Below are positions 39,616-49,130 of a stretch of DNA of 64,000 nt, in pieces; positions within the stretch are counted from its first letter, which is position 1, and the number at the start of each line of letters is the position of its first letter. The position numbers and the translations under genes are program-made. Source of the DNA: an uncultured Verrucomicrobiae bacterium (GTDB lineage Bacteria > Verrucomicrobiota > Verrucomicrobiia > Limisphaerales > JAFGQR01). The stretch lies in the NCBI GenBank assembly GCA_963788655.1, contig CAWBHS010000060.1:128001-192000 (forward strand), written 5' to 3'. Under the pieces are notes generated by a model that did not search any database, was not told where the DNA came from, and saw only the letters and a list, made by a program, of their open reading frames with translations.

Positions 39616-41976
39616 ATGACCCCGCGCACTGACAAACTTCGTCGTCAAAGCCTCGAGGCCGTACCGTCCCTTTCGCCGGAACGCGCGCGGTTGGTCACGG
39701 AATTTTACCAGGCCAACGAGGGCAAATATTCCGTGCCGGTCATGCGGGCGCGGTGCTTCCTGCACCTGTGTCAGCACAAAAACATTTACCTGGGCGAAGA
39801 CGAATTGATTGTCGGCGAACGCGGGCCGCAGCCCAAAGTCGTTCCCACGTTCCCGGAATTGACCTGCCACAGCCTTGAGGATTTGCGCATTCTCAATTCG
39901 CGGCCGAAAACGAATTACACCGTGCCCGACGAATGTTTGCAGATTTACGAGCGGAATATTATCCCCTACTGGCGCGGCCGTACGATGCGCGACCGGCTCT
40001 TTGCTGAGCTACCGCCGGAATGGCACGCCGCCTACGAAGCTGGCGTGTTCACCGAGTTCATGGAACAGCGCGCGCCCGGACACACGGTGTTGGACGACAA
40101 GATCTATCGGCGCGGCCTGCTCGACTTCAAACAGGACATTGCCGAAGCTCTGGCGAAACTGGATTTTCTCAATGATCCGGAGGCTTACTCCAAACGCGAA
40201 GCCCTCAAGTCATTCGACGTTGCCTGCGACGCCGTCATTGCTTTCGCCGAGCGCCACGCGCAACTGGCCCACGAACTGGCTGCCCAGGAAAGCCGACCCG
40301 ACCGCAAAACTGAATTGGAAAAGATCGCCGACATGTGTTCGCACGTGCCGGCGCACGCCCCGCGGGATTTCCCGGAAGCACTCCAGTATTATTGGTGGTG
40401 CCATCTGGCGGTCATCACGGAACTGAACGGTTGGGACGCGTTTAATCCGGGGCACCTCGATCAACACCTTCTGCCGTTCTATGAGAAAGGGTTGGCCGAT
40501 GGCACCTTGACCAAAGAAAGCGCGCGCGAATTATTGGAATGCTTTTTCATCAAGTTCAACAACCACCCGGCCCCACCGAAAGTCGGCGTGACCGCCGCCG
40601 AGAGCGGCACCTATACCGACTTCGCCAATATCAACATCGGCGGTCTGCTGCGCGACGGTTCGGACGGTTCAAATGAAGTTTCGCACCTCCTGCTGGACAT
40701 CGTGGAAGAGATGCATCTGCTCCAGCCGAGCACGAACATCCAACTCTCGCGCAAGAGCCCGGACCATTTCCTCAAACATACGCTGCGGGTGTTGCGGCAT
40801 GGCTACGGATTCCCGTCCATTTTCAACGCTGACGCCGTGGTGCAGGAGCAGTTGCGGCAGGGCAAAAGTCCCGAAGACGCCCGCGCTGGCGGTTGCAGTG
40901 GTTGCGTTGAAGTCGGGGCGTTCGGCAAGGAAGCCTATATTCTCACCGGCTACTTCAATTTAGTCAAAGTCCTCGAAATCACGTTGCACAACGGCATCGA
41001 CCCGCGCACCGGCGCGAAGATCGGTCTGGAGACGAGTGACCCGGACAATTTTGAGAATTTTGCTGAGCTCTTCGAAGCCTTTCGCGAACAGCTCCAGCAT
41101 TTCGTGGAAATCAAGCTTCGCGGCAACCAACTCATCGAGCAGATGTATGCTCGAAACATGCCGGCGCCGTTCCTGTCCGTGCTCATTGACGACTGCATTC
41201 AAAAGGGCCGCGACTACAATGACGGCGGCCCGCGTTACAACAACACCTTCATCCAAATGGTCGGCTTGGGCAGCATCGCCGACTGCCTAAGCAGCCTCAA
41301 GGAAGTGGTCTTCGAGACGGAAACCCTCACCTTGGGCGCGCTGGTGGAAGTGCTGGAAAAGAATTTCGAAGGCCACGAAACACTGCGCCAGCGCTTGGTC
41401 AACAAGATGCGCAAATACGGCAATGACGACGAGTACGCCGACGCCCTCATGCTGCAAGTCTTCAATGCCTGTTTGGAGGCGGTGGACGGACGGCCCAACA
41501 CCAAGGGCGGCCGTTACTGCGTGGAAATGTTGCCGACCACCTGCCACGTCTATTTTGGCAGCGTCACCGGCGCCATGCCCGACGGCCGGTGCGCCGGTTT
41601 GCCGTTGTCCGAAGGCATCAGCCCGGTGCAGGGCGCCGACCGCCGCGGGCCAACCGCCGTCATGAAAAGCGCCGCCAAGATGGACCACATCAAAACCGGT
41701 GGCACGCTGCTGAACATGAAATTCGCGCCCTCCCTGGTCGCCACCGACGATGGCCTCGACAAATGGGCGCACTTGGTGCGCAGTTACTTCAAAATGGATG
41801 GACATCACGTCCAGTTCAACGTGGTGACTGCGGACACCCTGCGCAAGGCCCAAGCCAATCCCGAACAGCACCGCGACTTGATTGTTCGCGTGGCTGGGTA
41901 CAGCGATTACTTCTGTGATTTATCAAAGGAGTTGCAGGAAGAAATCATCGCCCGAACCGAGCACGAAGGGTTCTGA
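39616..41976 (+). CDS. hypD: Glycyl radical enzyme, trans-4-hydroxy-L-proline dehydratase
   Basis: TEFMEQRAPGHTV, WDAF.PG, PAPPKVG...ESGTYTDFANIN, SGCVE, KEAYILTGY, MLPTTCH, RVAGYS: these match the recalled C. difficile HypD signature segments. Confidence 0.88.
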   Translation: MTPRTDKLRRQSLEAVPSLSPERARLVTEFYQANEGKYSVPVMRARCFLHLCQHKNIYLGEDELIVGERGPQPKVVPTFPELTCHSLEDLRILNSRPKTNYTVPDECLQIYERNIIPYWRGRTMRDRLFAELPPEWHAAYEAGVFTEFMEQRAPGHTVLDDKIYRRGLLDFKQDIAEALAKLDFLNDPEAYSKREALKSFDVACDAVIAFAERHAQLAHELAAQESRPDRKTELEKIADMCSHVPAHAPRDFPEALQYYWWCHLAVITELNGWDAFNPGHLDQHLLPFYEKGLADGTLTKESARELLECFFIKFNNHPAPPKVGVTAAESGTYTDFANINIGGLLRDGSDGSNEVSHLLLDIVEEMHLLQPSTNIQLSRKSPDHFLKHTLRVLRHGYGFPSIFNADAVVQEQLRQGKSPEDARAGGCSGCVEVGAFGKEAYILTGYFNLVKVLEITLHNGIDPRTGAKIGLETSDPDNFENFAELFEAFREQLQHFVEIKLRGNQLIEQMYARNMPAPFLSVLIDDCIQKGRDYNDGGPRYNNTFIQMVGLGSIADCLSSLKEVVFETETLTLGALVEVLEKNFEGHETLRQRLVNKMRKYGNDDEYADALMLQVFNACLEAVDGRPNTKGGRYCVEMLPTTCHVYFGSVTGAMPDGRCAGLPLSEGISPVQGADRRGPTAVMKSAAKMDHIKTGGTLLNMKFAPSLVATDDGLDKWAHLVRSYFKMDGHHVQFNVVTADTLRKAQANPEQHRDLIVRVAGYSDYFCDLSKELQEEIIARTEHEGF

Positions 41977-42008
41977 AAGGATGGTTTGCAACAGAACATG
42001 TGCCTATC

Positions 42009-42243
42009 GTAGGACAGCCGTCCCGGCTGTCTCGAATCACCCAGACCGCATTTTACGCTGGTGGACGTCTCCCAATTACTTGATCGCCATTGGGAATTTC
42101 GGGACAGGCGAGACGCCTGTCCTACTGGAGCGGAGCATAGGCCAAATCAGCGACGATGAAGTTCCAAGCTGGCTGTAGCCCCGTCCTGAGAAGGTGGAGC
42201 ACGGTTTGTTTGCCTCGGTCAGCCTCCTTACGTCGGCGGCTAC
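42009..42243. repeat. Two adjacent REP doublets (GTAGGACAG family 42009-42125; GTAGCC family 42175-42243)
   Basis: gtaggacagccgtcccggctgtc...gacaggcgagacgcctgtcctac; agcctccttacgtcggcggctac. Confidence 0.8.
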
Positions 42244-42271
42244 GCCGGATGTGCAATCTCCCGGGCAGCCT

Positions 42272-43195
42272 TCACCGCAGCGCCAGCCACCAAGTCACCA
42301 TCACCAACCCGGTACAAACCACAACCGCCAAACGATTCGTCCAATGGCTGCGCCGAATCCGTTCCGGCAACAAAATAATAATCGCGCCGAAAACGATGCC
42401 GCTCAGAAAACCCGCCACGTGGGCGATGACATCGACATGCGGACTGGGATTGAATCCCAACAGCACCAGCAGCATTAGCCCGCCCAGCAGTGCCCGCAAG
42501 ATCAGTTGTTTCCCCGAGACGCCCCCGCGCCAGAAAACCAGGGACTGGGCGGTGAGTAATCCCAACGCGCCCAACACCATCCCGGAAGCGCCCAATCCCA
42601 GATGCGGCGTGGAATAGAGCAGCAGTCCCGCCACGTTGCCGCACACTCCCGCCAGATAGGCGCCCAGCAGACCGAGCCCCGGTCCCAACGTACCCATGGC
42701 CAGCCCCATCAATAGGAAACCCGTCGCCAGATTGCTGGCCAGGTGGGCAAAATCCCCGTGAAGCATGACGGCGGTAAACAACCGCCACCATTGGCCCGCC
42801 TGCACGGCTTGGTTGTCCATGAGACCCACGGTCCGCAGGTGATGCGCTTCCGCCAAGTCGATCCAGTAAATCAGCGCCAGCACCACCACCCAGACCAGGC
42901 TGCTGAAATCAAACACCAGCTCCGTTCCCGGCAATTTGTGGACCCAGACGTGTCCGCGGTTTTCAACGCGATACTGGCGCAATGCCTGGAGCGCACGCGT
43001 TGAATCCGCCGCGTCCAAGACCAGGCGCCACCCCAAATCTTCCGCGGGCGCCAGGATCGAAGCTTCGATGCCCTGGCTGGCCAGCACGAGGCTCCATTCC
43101 ATCGCCTGCCGGCGGGAATGGACGCGGATCACGCATTCCGAAGTTTCGATCATCAGCAAGGGATATATCACTTCGGCTGCCGCGCGGCTACTCAT
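42272..43195 (-). CDS. Rhomboid family intramembrane serine protease
   Basis: WWRLFTAVMLH, HLASN, GASG, AHVAGF. Confidence 0.92.
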   Translation of the reverse strand: MSSRAAAEVIYPLLMIETSECVIRVHSRRQAMEWSLVLASQGIEASILAPAEDLGWRLVLDAADSTRALQALRQYRVENRGHVWVHKLPGTELVFDFSSLVWVVVLALIYWIDLAEAHHLRTVGLMDNQAVQAGQWWRLFTAVMLHGDFAHLASNLATGFLLMGLAMGTLGPGLGLLGAYLAGVCGNVAGLLLYSTPHLGLGASGMVLGALGLLTAQSLVFWRGGVSGKQLILRALLGGLMLLVLLGFNPSPHVDVIAHVAGFLSGIVFGAIIILLPERIRRSHWTNRLAVVVCTGLVMVTWWLALR

Positions 43196-43294
43196 GCTTG
43201 CGCGGCAAGAGATTTGCTCCTTTTGAAAATGAGATTATTTTAATGAAGATCAAACTGAAAGGCTGATCGGCTCGGCCGATGACCTTGAGTAGCG

Positions 43295-44026
43295 ATGAAA
43301 GTGATACAACCCAATTGTCGGGTGCAGTTCACCGCGGAAGACATCGACTTCATCTTAAGCGTGCTGCAACCCGGTGCGAGTTCGCCGGCAAGCCTGGTGC
43401 AATTGCTGGCCGACGAATCCTCGCGGGATTTGATCCTGGATGATGAGAAACTGTTCCAGGCGGTTCTGGAACGGCGGAATTGTCTGCAAATTTCAACTCA
43501 TCTTTACTTTTACATTCTCGTCCGGCAGGTCTTCCGCCGCGGCGGCATCGAAGACCGCAACGTGGCCGACTATGTCGCGGAAATGCTTGCCGATTTTTCA
43601 CGGACGAACAGCCTGCAATGCCGCGTTTCGGGCCAAAACCGGCCGTTGGAGTATTTCGTGGATATGCTGGCCGCCCTGCAAACCGCGGATGACGCCACCA
43701 CCTTTTATCTTCGCGCCCACATTGGAAATCACTCACTCTTCATGACCGGTATTTTCCCGGAGCGCATCCGCCACCGGGTCGAGCGGCGGGCCGCGCCCGA
43801 TTTGCGCTATTACGAAAGCATGGGACGTGAAAGTTTCCGCCTGGCCAGTGATCACCGGCTCGCCCGCCATTATGAACTCAGCGACATCTTCAGCACGCTG
43901 GCGGAACGGTTCCAAGCCACGCGCCAAGCCCTCAATGATTTGGGCGACCGGCTCCTGACGATTGGCGATGCCGACGCATCGGTGCAGGCGTTGTTACGCA
44001 CCACCTTCAAATCGGAAACCAACTGA
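43295..44026 (+). CDS. Hypothetical protein (all-alpha looking)
   Basis: 243-aa ORF with YVAEML, IGNHSLFMTGIF, YYESMG; fills the gap between divergent and convergent neighbours. Confidence 0.75.
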   Translation: MKVIQPNCRVQFTAEDIDFILSVLQPGASSPASLVQLLADESSRDLILDDEKLFQAVLERRNCLQISTHLYFYILVRQVFRRGGIEDRNVADYVAEMLADFSRTNSLQCRVSGQNRPLEYFVDMLAALQTADDATTFYLRAHIGNHSLFMTGIFPERIRHRVERRAAPDLRYYESMGRESFRLASDHRLARHYELSDIFSTLAERFQATRQALNDLGDRLLTIGDADASVQALLRTTFKSETN

Positions 44027-44038
44027 CGTTGTCGGCTT

Positions 44039-44647
44039 TTAGCCAGGCAGCCCAAGTTGCGTCACTCGCGCGAGCGTTTTTTCCCACCCCTCGTGGAGGA
44101 TGGTTTGCCAACCACGCGCCGCTCCACCTTGAACGTTTTCGAGTCGATCATCCAAATAGAGAATCTCCGCATCCTGCTTGCCCGCCATTCGCTCCAACGC
44201 TTCGTAAATCTTGGCTTCCGGTTTCATCGCCCCCAATTGGTAGGAATAGATGTAACCGTCGAACTGGGAAAAGAAGGGAAAACTCCGCCGGATGTGCGTG
44301 ACGGCCATTTCATTGGTGTTCGAAAAAATGTAGGTCGGAATGCCGTGACTGCGGAGCCGTGACTGCCAACTCACCATGGGGTCAATCGGCCAGAAAATGT
44401 CGGCAAAGATAGCCCGGAATTCCTCGAAGCTCCCAGTGAAGCCGGTGAACTGGCGAACTTCATCATAGAATTGTTCGTTGCTCAACAAACCGGTTTCGAA
44501 CTGGTACAACAACGGCGAATGATCGATGAACTCCTGAATTTCGGCAGCGGTCCGGCAACCGCGCTCGGCTAACTTGCGGCCGACGATGGCGTAGTCGAAA
44601 TCCACGAGCACCTTGCCCAAATCAAAAACAACGATTTGCGGAACCAT
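44039..44647 (-). CDS. HAD family phosphatase
   Basis: VFDLGKVL, FSNT, MKPE..IY, LYLDD..ENV. Confidence 0.9.
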   Translation of the reverse strand: MVPQIVVFDLGKVLVDFDYAIVGRKLAERGCRTAAEIQEFIDHSPLLYQFETGLLSNEQFYDEVRQFTGFTGSFEEFRAIFADIFWPIDPMVSWQSRLRSHGIPTYIFSNTNEMAVTHIRRSFPFFSQFDGYIYSYQLGAMKPEAKIYEALERMAGKQDAEILYLDDRLENVQGGAARGWQTILHEGWEKTLARVTQLGLPG

Positions 44648-44724
44648 AAATCATTTAGGTAGCAGCCGACGTGAGGAGGCTCTGATTGCGTCCCCTTCTT
44701 TTCCAGTCACAAGCAACATGCACG

Positions 44725-45327
44725 TCAACGTAGCTCACGCCGTCCTTCCAGCGCCCGATTGAGAGTGAGTTCATCGGCATACTCCAACCCGGTGCCCGCC
44801 GGCAGGCCGTGCGCCAAGCGCGTAACTTTAGCGCCCTTGGGCTCCAGCCGTTGGGCCAGATAATAACTGGTGGCGTCGCCTTCCACGTCGGTGCCCAGCG
44901 CGAGGATGATTTCCTTAATCGGTTCGCAGCCCAACCGGTGCTCCAGTTCCGCAATGCGCAAGTCCTCGGGTTCCACACCGTTCAACGGAGAAATCTTTCC
45001 GCCCAACACGTGATATTTGCCGTGAAAACTGCCCGCCTTTTCGATGCTGATAATATCCACCGCCCGCTCGACCACGCACACCAACGACGCATCGCGCCGC
45101 GGGTCCGCGCAGATCGCGCAAGGAACCTGTTCGGTAAGAGCGCCGCAAGTCGGGCAGGATTGGATGCTTGCGCGCGCTTGCAAAATGGCCTGCGCCAGGT
45201 GTTGCACCGACGTGGCATCGCTCTGCACCAAGTGCAACGCCAACCGCTCCGCCGATCGCGGCCCAATGCCAGGCAACTTGTTCAGCGCCGCCAGCAAATT
45301 AAGAATGGGTTCAGGCAACACCGCCAT
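44725..45327 (-). CDS. recR: Recombination protein RecR
   Basis: LPGIGPRSAERL, C4 zinc finger, YHVLGG.ISP, EGDAT, LEYADE.TL. Confidence 0.96.
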   Translation of the reverse strand: MAVLPEPILNLLAALNKLPGIGPRSAERLALHLVQSDATSVQHLAQAILQARASIQSCPTCGALTEQVPCAICADPRRDASLVCVVERAVDIISIEKAGSFHGKYHVLGGKISPLNGVEPEDLRIAELEHRLGCEPIKEIILALGTDVEGDATSYYLAQRLEPKGAKVTRLAHGLPAGTGLEYADELTLNRALEGRRELR

Positions 45328-45338
45328 GGCAATGACAG

Positions 45339-45472
45339 GTAGGACAGGCGTCTCGCCTGTCTCGAAAAACCAAAGCCATCCTCACCTTTTTGGTGACATG
45401 GAGAGATTCCCGACAACGCGATGCAAGTCGATAGTTTGCATTCGTCCGAGACAGGCGAGACGCCTGTCCTAC
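45339..45472. repeat. REP doublet (GTAGGACAG family), copy 3
   Basis: gtaggacaggcgtctcgcctgtctcg ... cgagacaggcgagacgcctgtcctac. Confidence 0.85.
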
Positions 45473-45541
45473 TGATTGGTCTCGGCTAAGCACCGCCGGC
45501 TTCTCACCGAACATCAACCCCATCGCCAACGCACGCCATCT

Positions 45542-45572
45542 CATCCGGTATCTGGCATCCGGTATCTGGCAT
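45542..45572. repeat. 14-bp tandem repeat
   Basis: catccggtatctgg x2 plus cat. Confidence 0.7.
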
Positions 45573-45581
45573 CCATCCCCC

Positions 45582-45893
45582 CTACATCATTCCCGGCAAT
45601 CCCATTCCTTGCGTCACCCTCCCCATTTCCGCGTTGGAAATGTCTTTGGCCTGGGTGAGCGCCTGATTGACGGCAGTGAGAATCATGTCTTCCACCATTT
45701 GGGCGTCGTCGGGATTGAGTGCTTGCGGATCGATCTTGATGGACGCGACGCTGCCATCGCACTTGGCGGTGACTTTCACGGCGCCGCCGCCACTGGTGGC
45801 TTCCACCGTGCGGCTTGCAAGCTCGGCTTGCACCTTTTCCATGTCCTGCTGCATTCGCGCAGCTTGCTTCATGAGTTTGCCAATGCTCGGCAT
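45582..45893 (-). CDS. ybaB: YbaB/EbfC nucleoid-associated protein
   Basis: LMKQA..MQ, SGGGAVKV, IKIDP, EDMILTAVNQA; lies between dnaX and recR. Confidence 0.95.
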   Translation of the reverse strand: MPSIGKLMKQAARMQQDMEKVQAELASRTVEATSGGGAVKVTAKCDGSVASIKIDPQALNPDDAQMVEDMILTAVNQALTQAKDISNAEMGRVTQGMGLPGMM

Positions 45894-45940
45894 ATAAAAG
45901 AAACAGTTGGGGGTTAATGGTTGCGGGTATCAGATGAACA

Positions 45941-47748
45941 TCAGGAACGCGCTTCGACAATCTGGCCTTTGAAGATTTCCAGCGCCTTTTGGATCAGGGC
46001 ATCGTTCTTAAATTCCTCTGTGCTGATTTTTTCGGGCACGGGCTTCGCCGGCTGGGATTGGGCCGCAGCAGCCGGGGCCGGGACAGCCTGCGGCGCAGAT
46101 GCACGCGGTGCGGGAGCAGCCGGTGGTACCAAGGTCGGCGCACTTGCAGCAGGCTCGGAATCGGGAACTGATCCTGGTGCGGGTGACTCAGCCTTGACGA
46201 ATTTGACCTGCACGCCCGGATGCCCTTGCTCCTGCAACTTGGTTTGGAGCAAGGCTTGCGTTTTGGGCGTGTTGACCAATTCCAACTGGTCGCTGAACTC
46301 CGGATCGTATCCCAGGGTCAACACCTGCTTCTCGAATGAGAGCGGCCGGGCTTCGAGCAAGTAACTGCGAGTGAAGGCGCTGACCCGGCCCACGGCCTCC
46401 AGCACGGTCTGCCATAATTGGACCAGATCGACAGCGGCACCCGCGCGCTCCGCAGTTTCTTTCAGCGGACTCGCAGCTATGGATGGCGCGGCCGCCGAAG
46501 CTGAACTACGAGCTGGCGCTGGGGATGCCGCTGGCTTGGCCGACACCGGCGATGCTTTGGGGGCCGCCGAAACCGGCCGCGAACGTGGCGCCGGCGCCCC
46601 ACCTTCGGACCGCAGTTCGTTTAATTGTTTCAACACGGTATCGATGCTCACCGAGTTGCGCGCCTGCATGGCCTTGAGCAGCGTGACTTCGAGAAAAATC
46701 TTTTTGGACGTAGCATCGCGTAATCGGCCTTCCGCATCGGACAGCACTTCCATGATGCGCGTAATCGCTTCGGTGGTGACCTGAGACGACTGTTCCTTCA
46801 GACTGGCGACCTCCGCCTCGGACACCTCCAGCACACTCAAATCTCCGCCGGCCACTTGATAAATCAGCAGGTTGCGGAAATGCCGCAACAAATCGCTCAA
46901 CAGCCGGGCCAGATCTTTGCCATGCCGGGACAATTCGCCCAGTTCTCGCAGCACGGTTTGGGCGTCGCCATTCAAAAGGGCGGAGGTCAGGGTAATGATT
47001 TGTCCCTGGGCCGTCAGGCCGAACATCGAGAGCACGTCGGTTCTCGACAATTTTGTCCCCGCAAAAACTGATGAGCTGGTCCAGCGCTGGATTCGGCGTC
47101 GCGCATGCCGCCGTCCGCGCCGCGCGCAATGGCGAACAAGCGCCGCTTCCTCGATCGTTGACCTTTTCCTTCTTGGCGATCTGCGTGAGGTGCTTGACGA
47201 TCAGCGCCGCCGGGATGCGGCGCAGATCAAACCGCTGGCAACGGGAGAGAATCGTGGCCAGCACCTTCTCCGGATCGGTGGTGGCGAACATGAACTTCAC
47301 GTGCGCGCGGCGGCTCTTCGAGCGTCTTGAGCAGCGCGTTGAACGCCGCCGTGGAGAGCATGTGAACTTCGTCAATGATGTAGATCTTGAACTTCGAGCT
47401 GGCCGGCGCGTATTTGCACGTCTCGCGCAGTTCGCGGACCTGCTCGACGCCGTTGTTGCTGGCGCCGTCAATTTCCAGCACGTCCATCGAGCGGCCCTCG
47501 GTGATTTCCTGGCAACGCGGATCGTCATCGTCGAAATCCACTTTCGGGCCGTCGGTGCAGTTCAGGCATTTGGCGAAGATGCGGGCGATGGTCGTTTTGC
47601 CGGTGCCGCGCGGGCCGCAGAACAGGTAGGCGTGGGCGATGCGGTTTTGCTCGATGGCGTGGGCGAGCGTCTGGGTGACGTGCTCCTGCCCGACGACATC
47701 GCTGAACCGCTGCGGCCGGTATTTGCGGGCGATGACCTGATAACTCAT
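45941..47748 (-). CDS. dnaX: DNA polymerase III subunit gamma/tau; several single-base insertions between about 47040 and 47310
   Basis: [55 protein letters not shown]; dnaX-ybaB-recR synteny. Confidence 0.93.
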
Positions 47749-47843
47749 ATCGCGTGGTCGGCGGCGTGCGGTGGCAGCGCGAGCGTGGGCGATTCGATCA
47801 ATGCCCCACGTCGTCCCGCGCGCTCCGCACGCAAAATTCAAAA

Positions 47844-47939
47844 GTGCCAGGGTGACCACGGCAGATGCGGAGCAAACTACCGTTGCTGCCTTCCGGCCCT
47901 GGCGGGGTTCGTAAGTCCGCATTCCATGGGCCCTGGCAC
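47844..47939 (-). ncRNA. ffs: Signal recognition particle RNA (4.5S)
   Basis: Minus strand gtgccaggg...cgccagggccGGAAggcagcaacggta...ccctggcac: SRP domain IV motif, paired ends, typical position upstream of dnaX. Confidence 0.92.
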
Positions 47940-48002
47940 GGGCAATTAAGCGGCAGGTGGCGGGCCGGGGCAAGGAGTTTTGTGGACCATTTCAAAAAGA
48001 AC

Positions 48003-49114
48003 TTACTCCTTCGGCATCCCGGAGGCGCTGCCTTTGCGACGCACGGAAATGAGCTGCGCGACAATGCTGGCGGCAATTTCCGGCACCGTCACCGATCCGA
48101 TGTCCAGGCCAATCGGGGCATGGACCTGATCAAATTCCTCTGCGGTGGCACGTCCGGACTCGATGAATTCCCGGCGCATCAGCGCCACTTTGCGCCGGCT
48201 GCCGATCATGCCCAAATAAGCAACTGGCCGGCGCAGACACGCCGCCAGGGCCACACCGTCGTGCTGGTGGCCACGGGTGACCAGGACCACATACGTGTCC
48301 GACCCAAAGGGGAAGTTAGCCACTTCGTCACGGATATTACCGCAGCGAGTGATAACCTCTTCGGGAAACATTTCGGCTCGCGTAAAGTCGTCGCGATCAT
48401 CCAGCACCGTCACCACGAATCCGACCCGGCTGGCCTGCCATGCCACTTCCTGCCCGACGTGGCCGCCGCCCACAATCAAAAGCACCGGTTGCGGAACCAG
48501 TGGCTCCACCAGCACTTCCATCCGCGGTCCCGCCGGTGATGTCTCAGTCACGAAGCGTTCCGGCGATTTCCTGTTTCAAGACTGCACGCAGTTCTTCGGC
48601 GCTCCGGAAAGACCGTTCGCGAGCCAAGGGACGATTCGGCCACAAACTCAACCTGGACTGCCGCGCCTTCATCGCCGGAGATCGTCGTCACCAAAACGCC
48701 GCGTTGCCGATCTCGCTGCGCACTGAGGGCGAACTGATAGGCAGCACGCTGTTGGGCAATGGTGGGATCGACCAACACCCGCATGTCTCCGCCGCATATC
48801 GGCAGGCCGACCTGGACGCCCGGTCCGCCCAAGTCAAAATCGAAAACGACCGGTTGCCCGCTTTCCAAGGCTTGGCGGGCTCGCACTTTGGCTTCGGCTT
48901 CCACCAAGCCGCCGCCGATCGTACCGTGGTTTTGACCTTCAGCCGCGATGATCATTTTCGCCCCGGTCTTGCAGGGAGTGGATCCGTCCGACTGCAACAC
49001 CGTGGCCAGCGCAAACGAGCAACCCTGGCCGGCCAAATCCACCACGGTTTGGTAAATGTCCTTCGTTTGCCGGAGGCGGTCATCGTCCCTGGCTGCCGGA
49101 GTTTGCGGTTTCAT
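48003..49114 (-). CDS. XdhC/CoxI family molybdenum cofactor chaperone; insertions near 48570-48605
   Basis: ALATV..GSTP...GAKM, GTIGGG, ICGG, IVGGGHVG, VTRGH..D, YLGMIGSRRK, APIGLDIG...PEIA. Confidence 0.9.
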
Positions 49115-49130
49115 TATTGGGACAAGGCGA

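Noticed and set aside
38458..39870. 1075-aa BatD with a long N-terminal extension
   Set aside because: The extension is the antisense shadow of the activase and hypD start; the signal peptide begins near 38457.
39616..41976. Pyruvate formate-lyase or choline TMA-lyase
   Set aside because: No adjacent Cys-Cys pair; the signature segments match HypD.
45941..47748. Programmed ribosomal frameshift in dnaX (gamma/tau)
   Set aside because: The breaks lie in the N-terminal clamp-loader domains, are multiple and lack a slippery A-run; they match the window-wide insertion errors.
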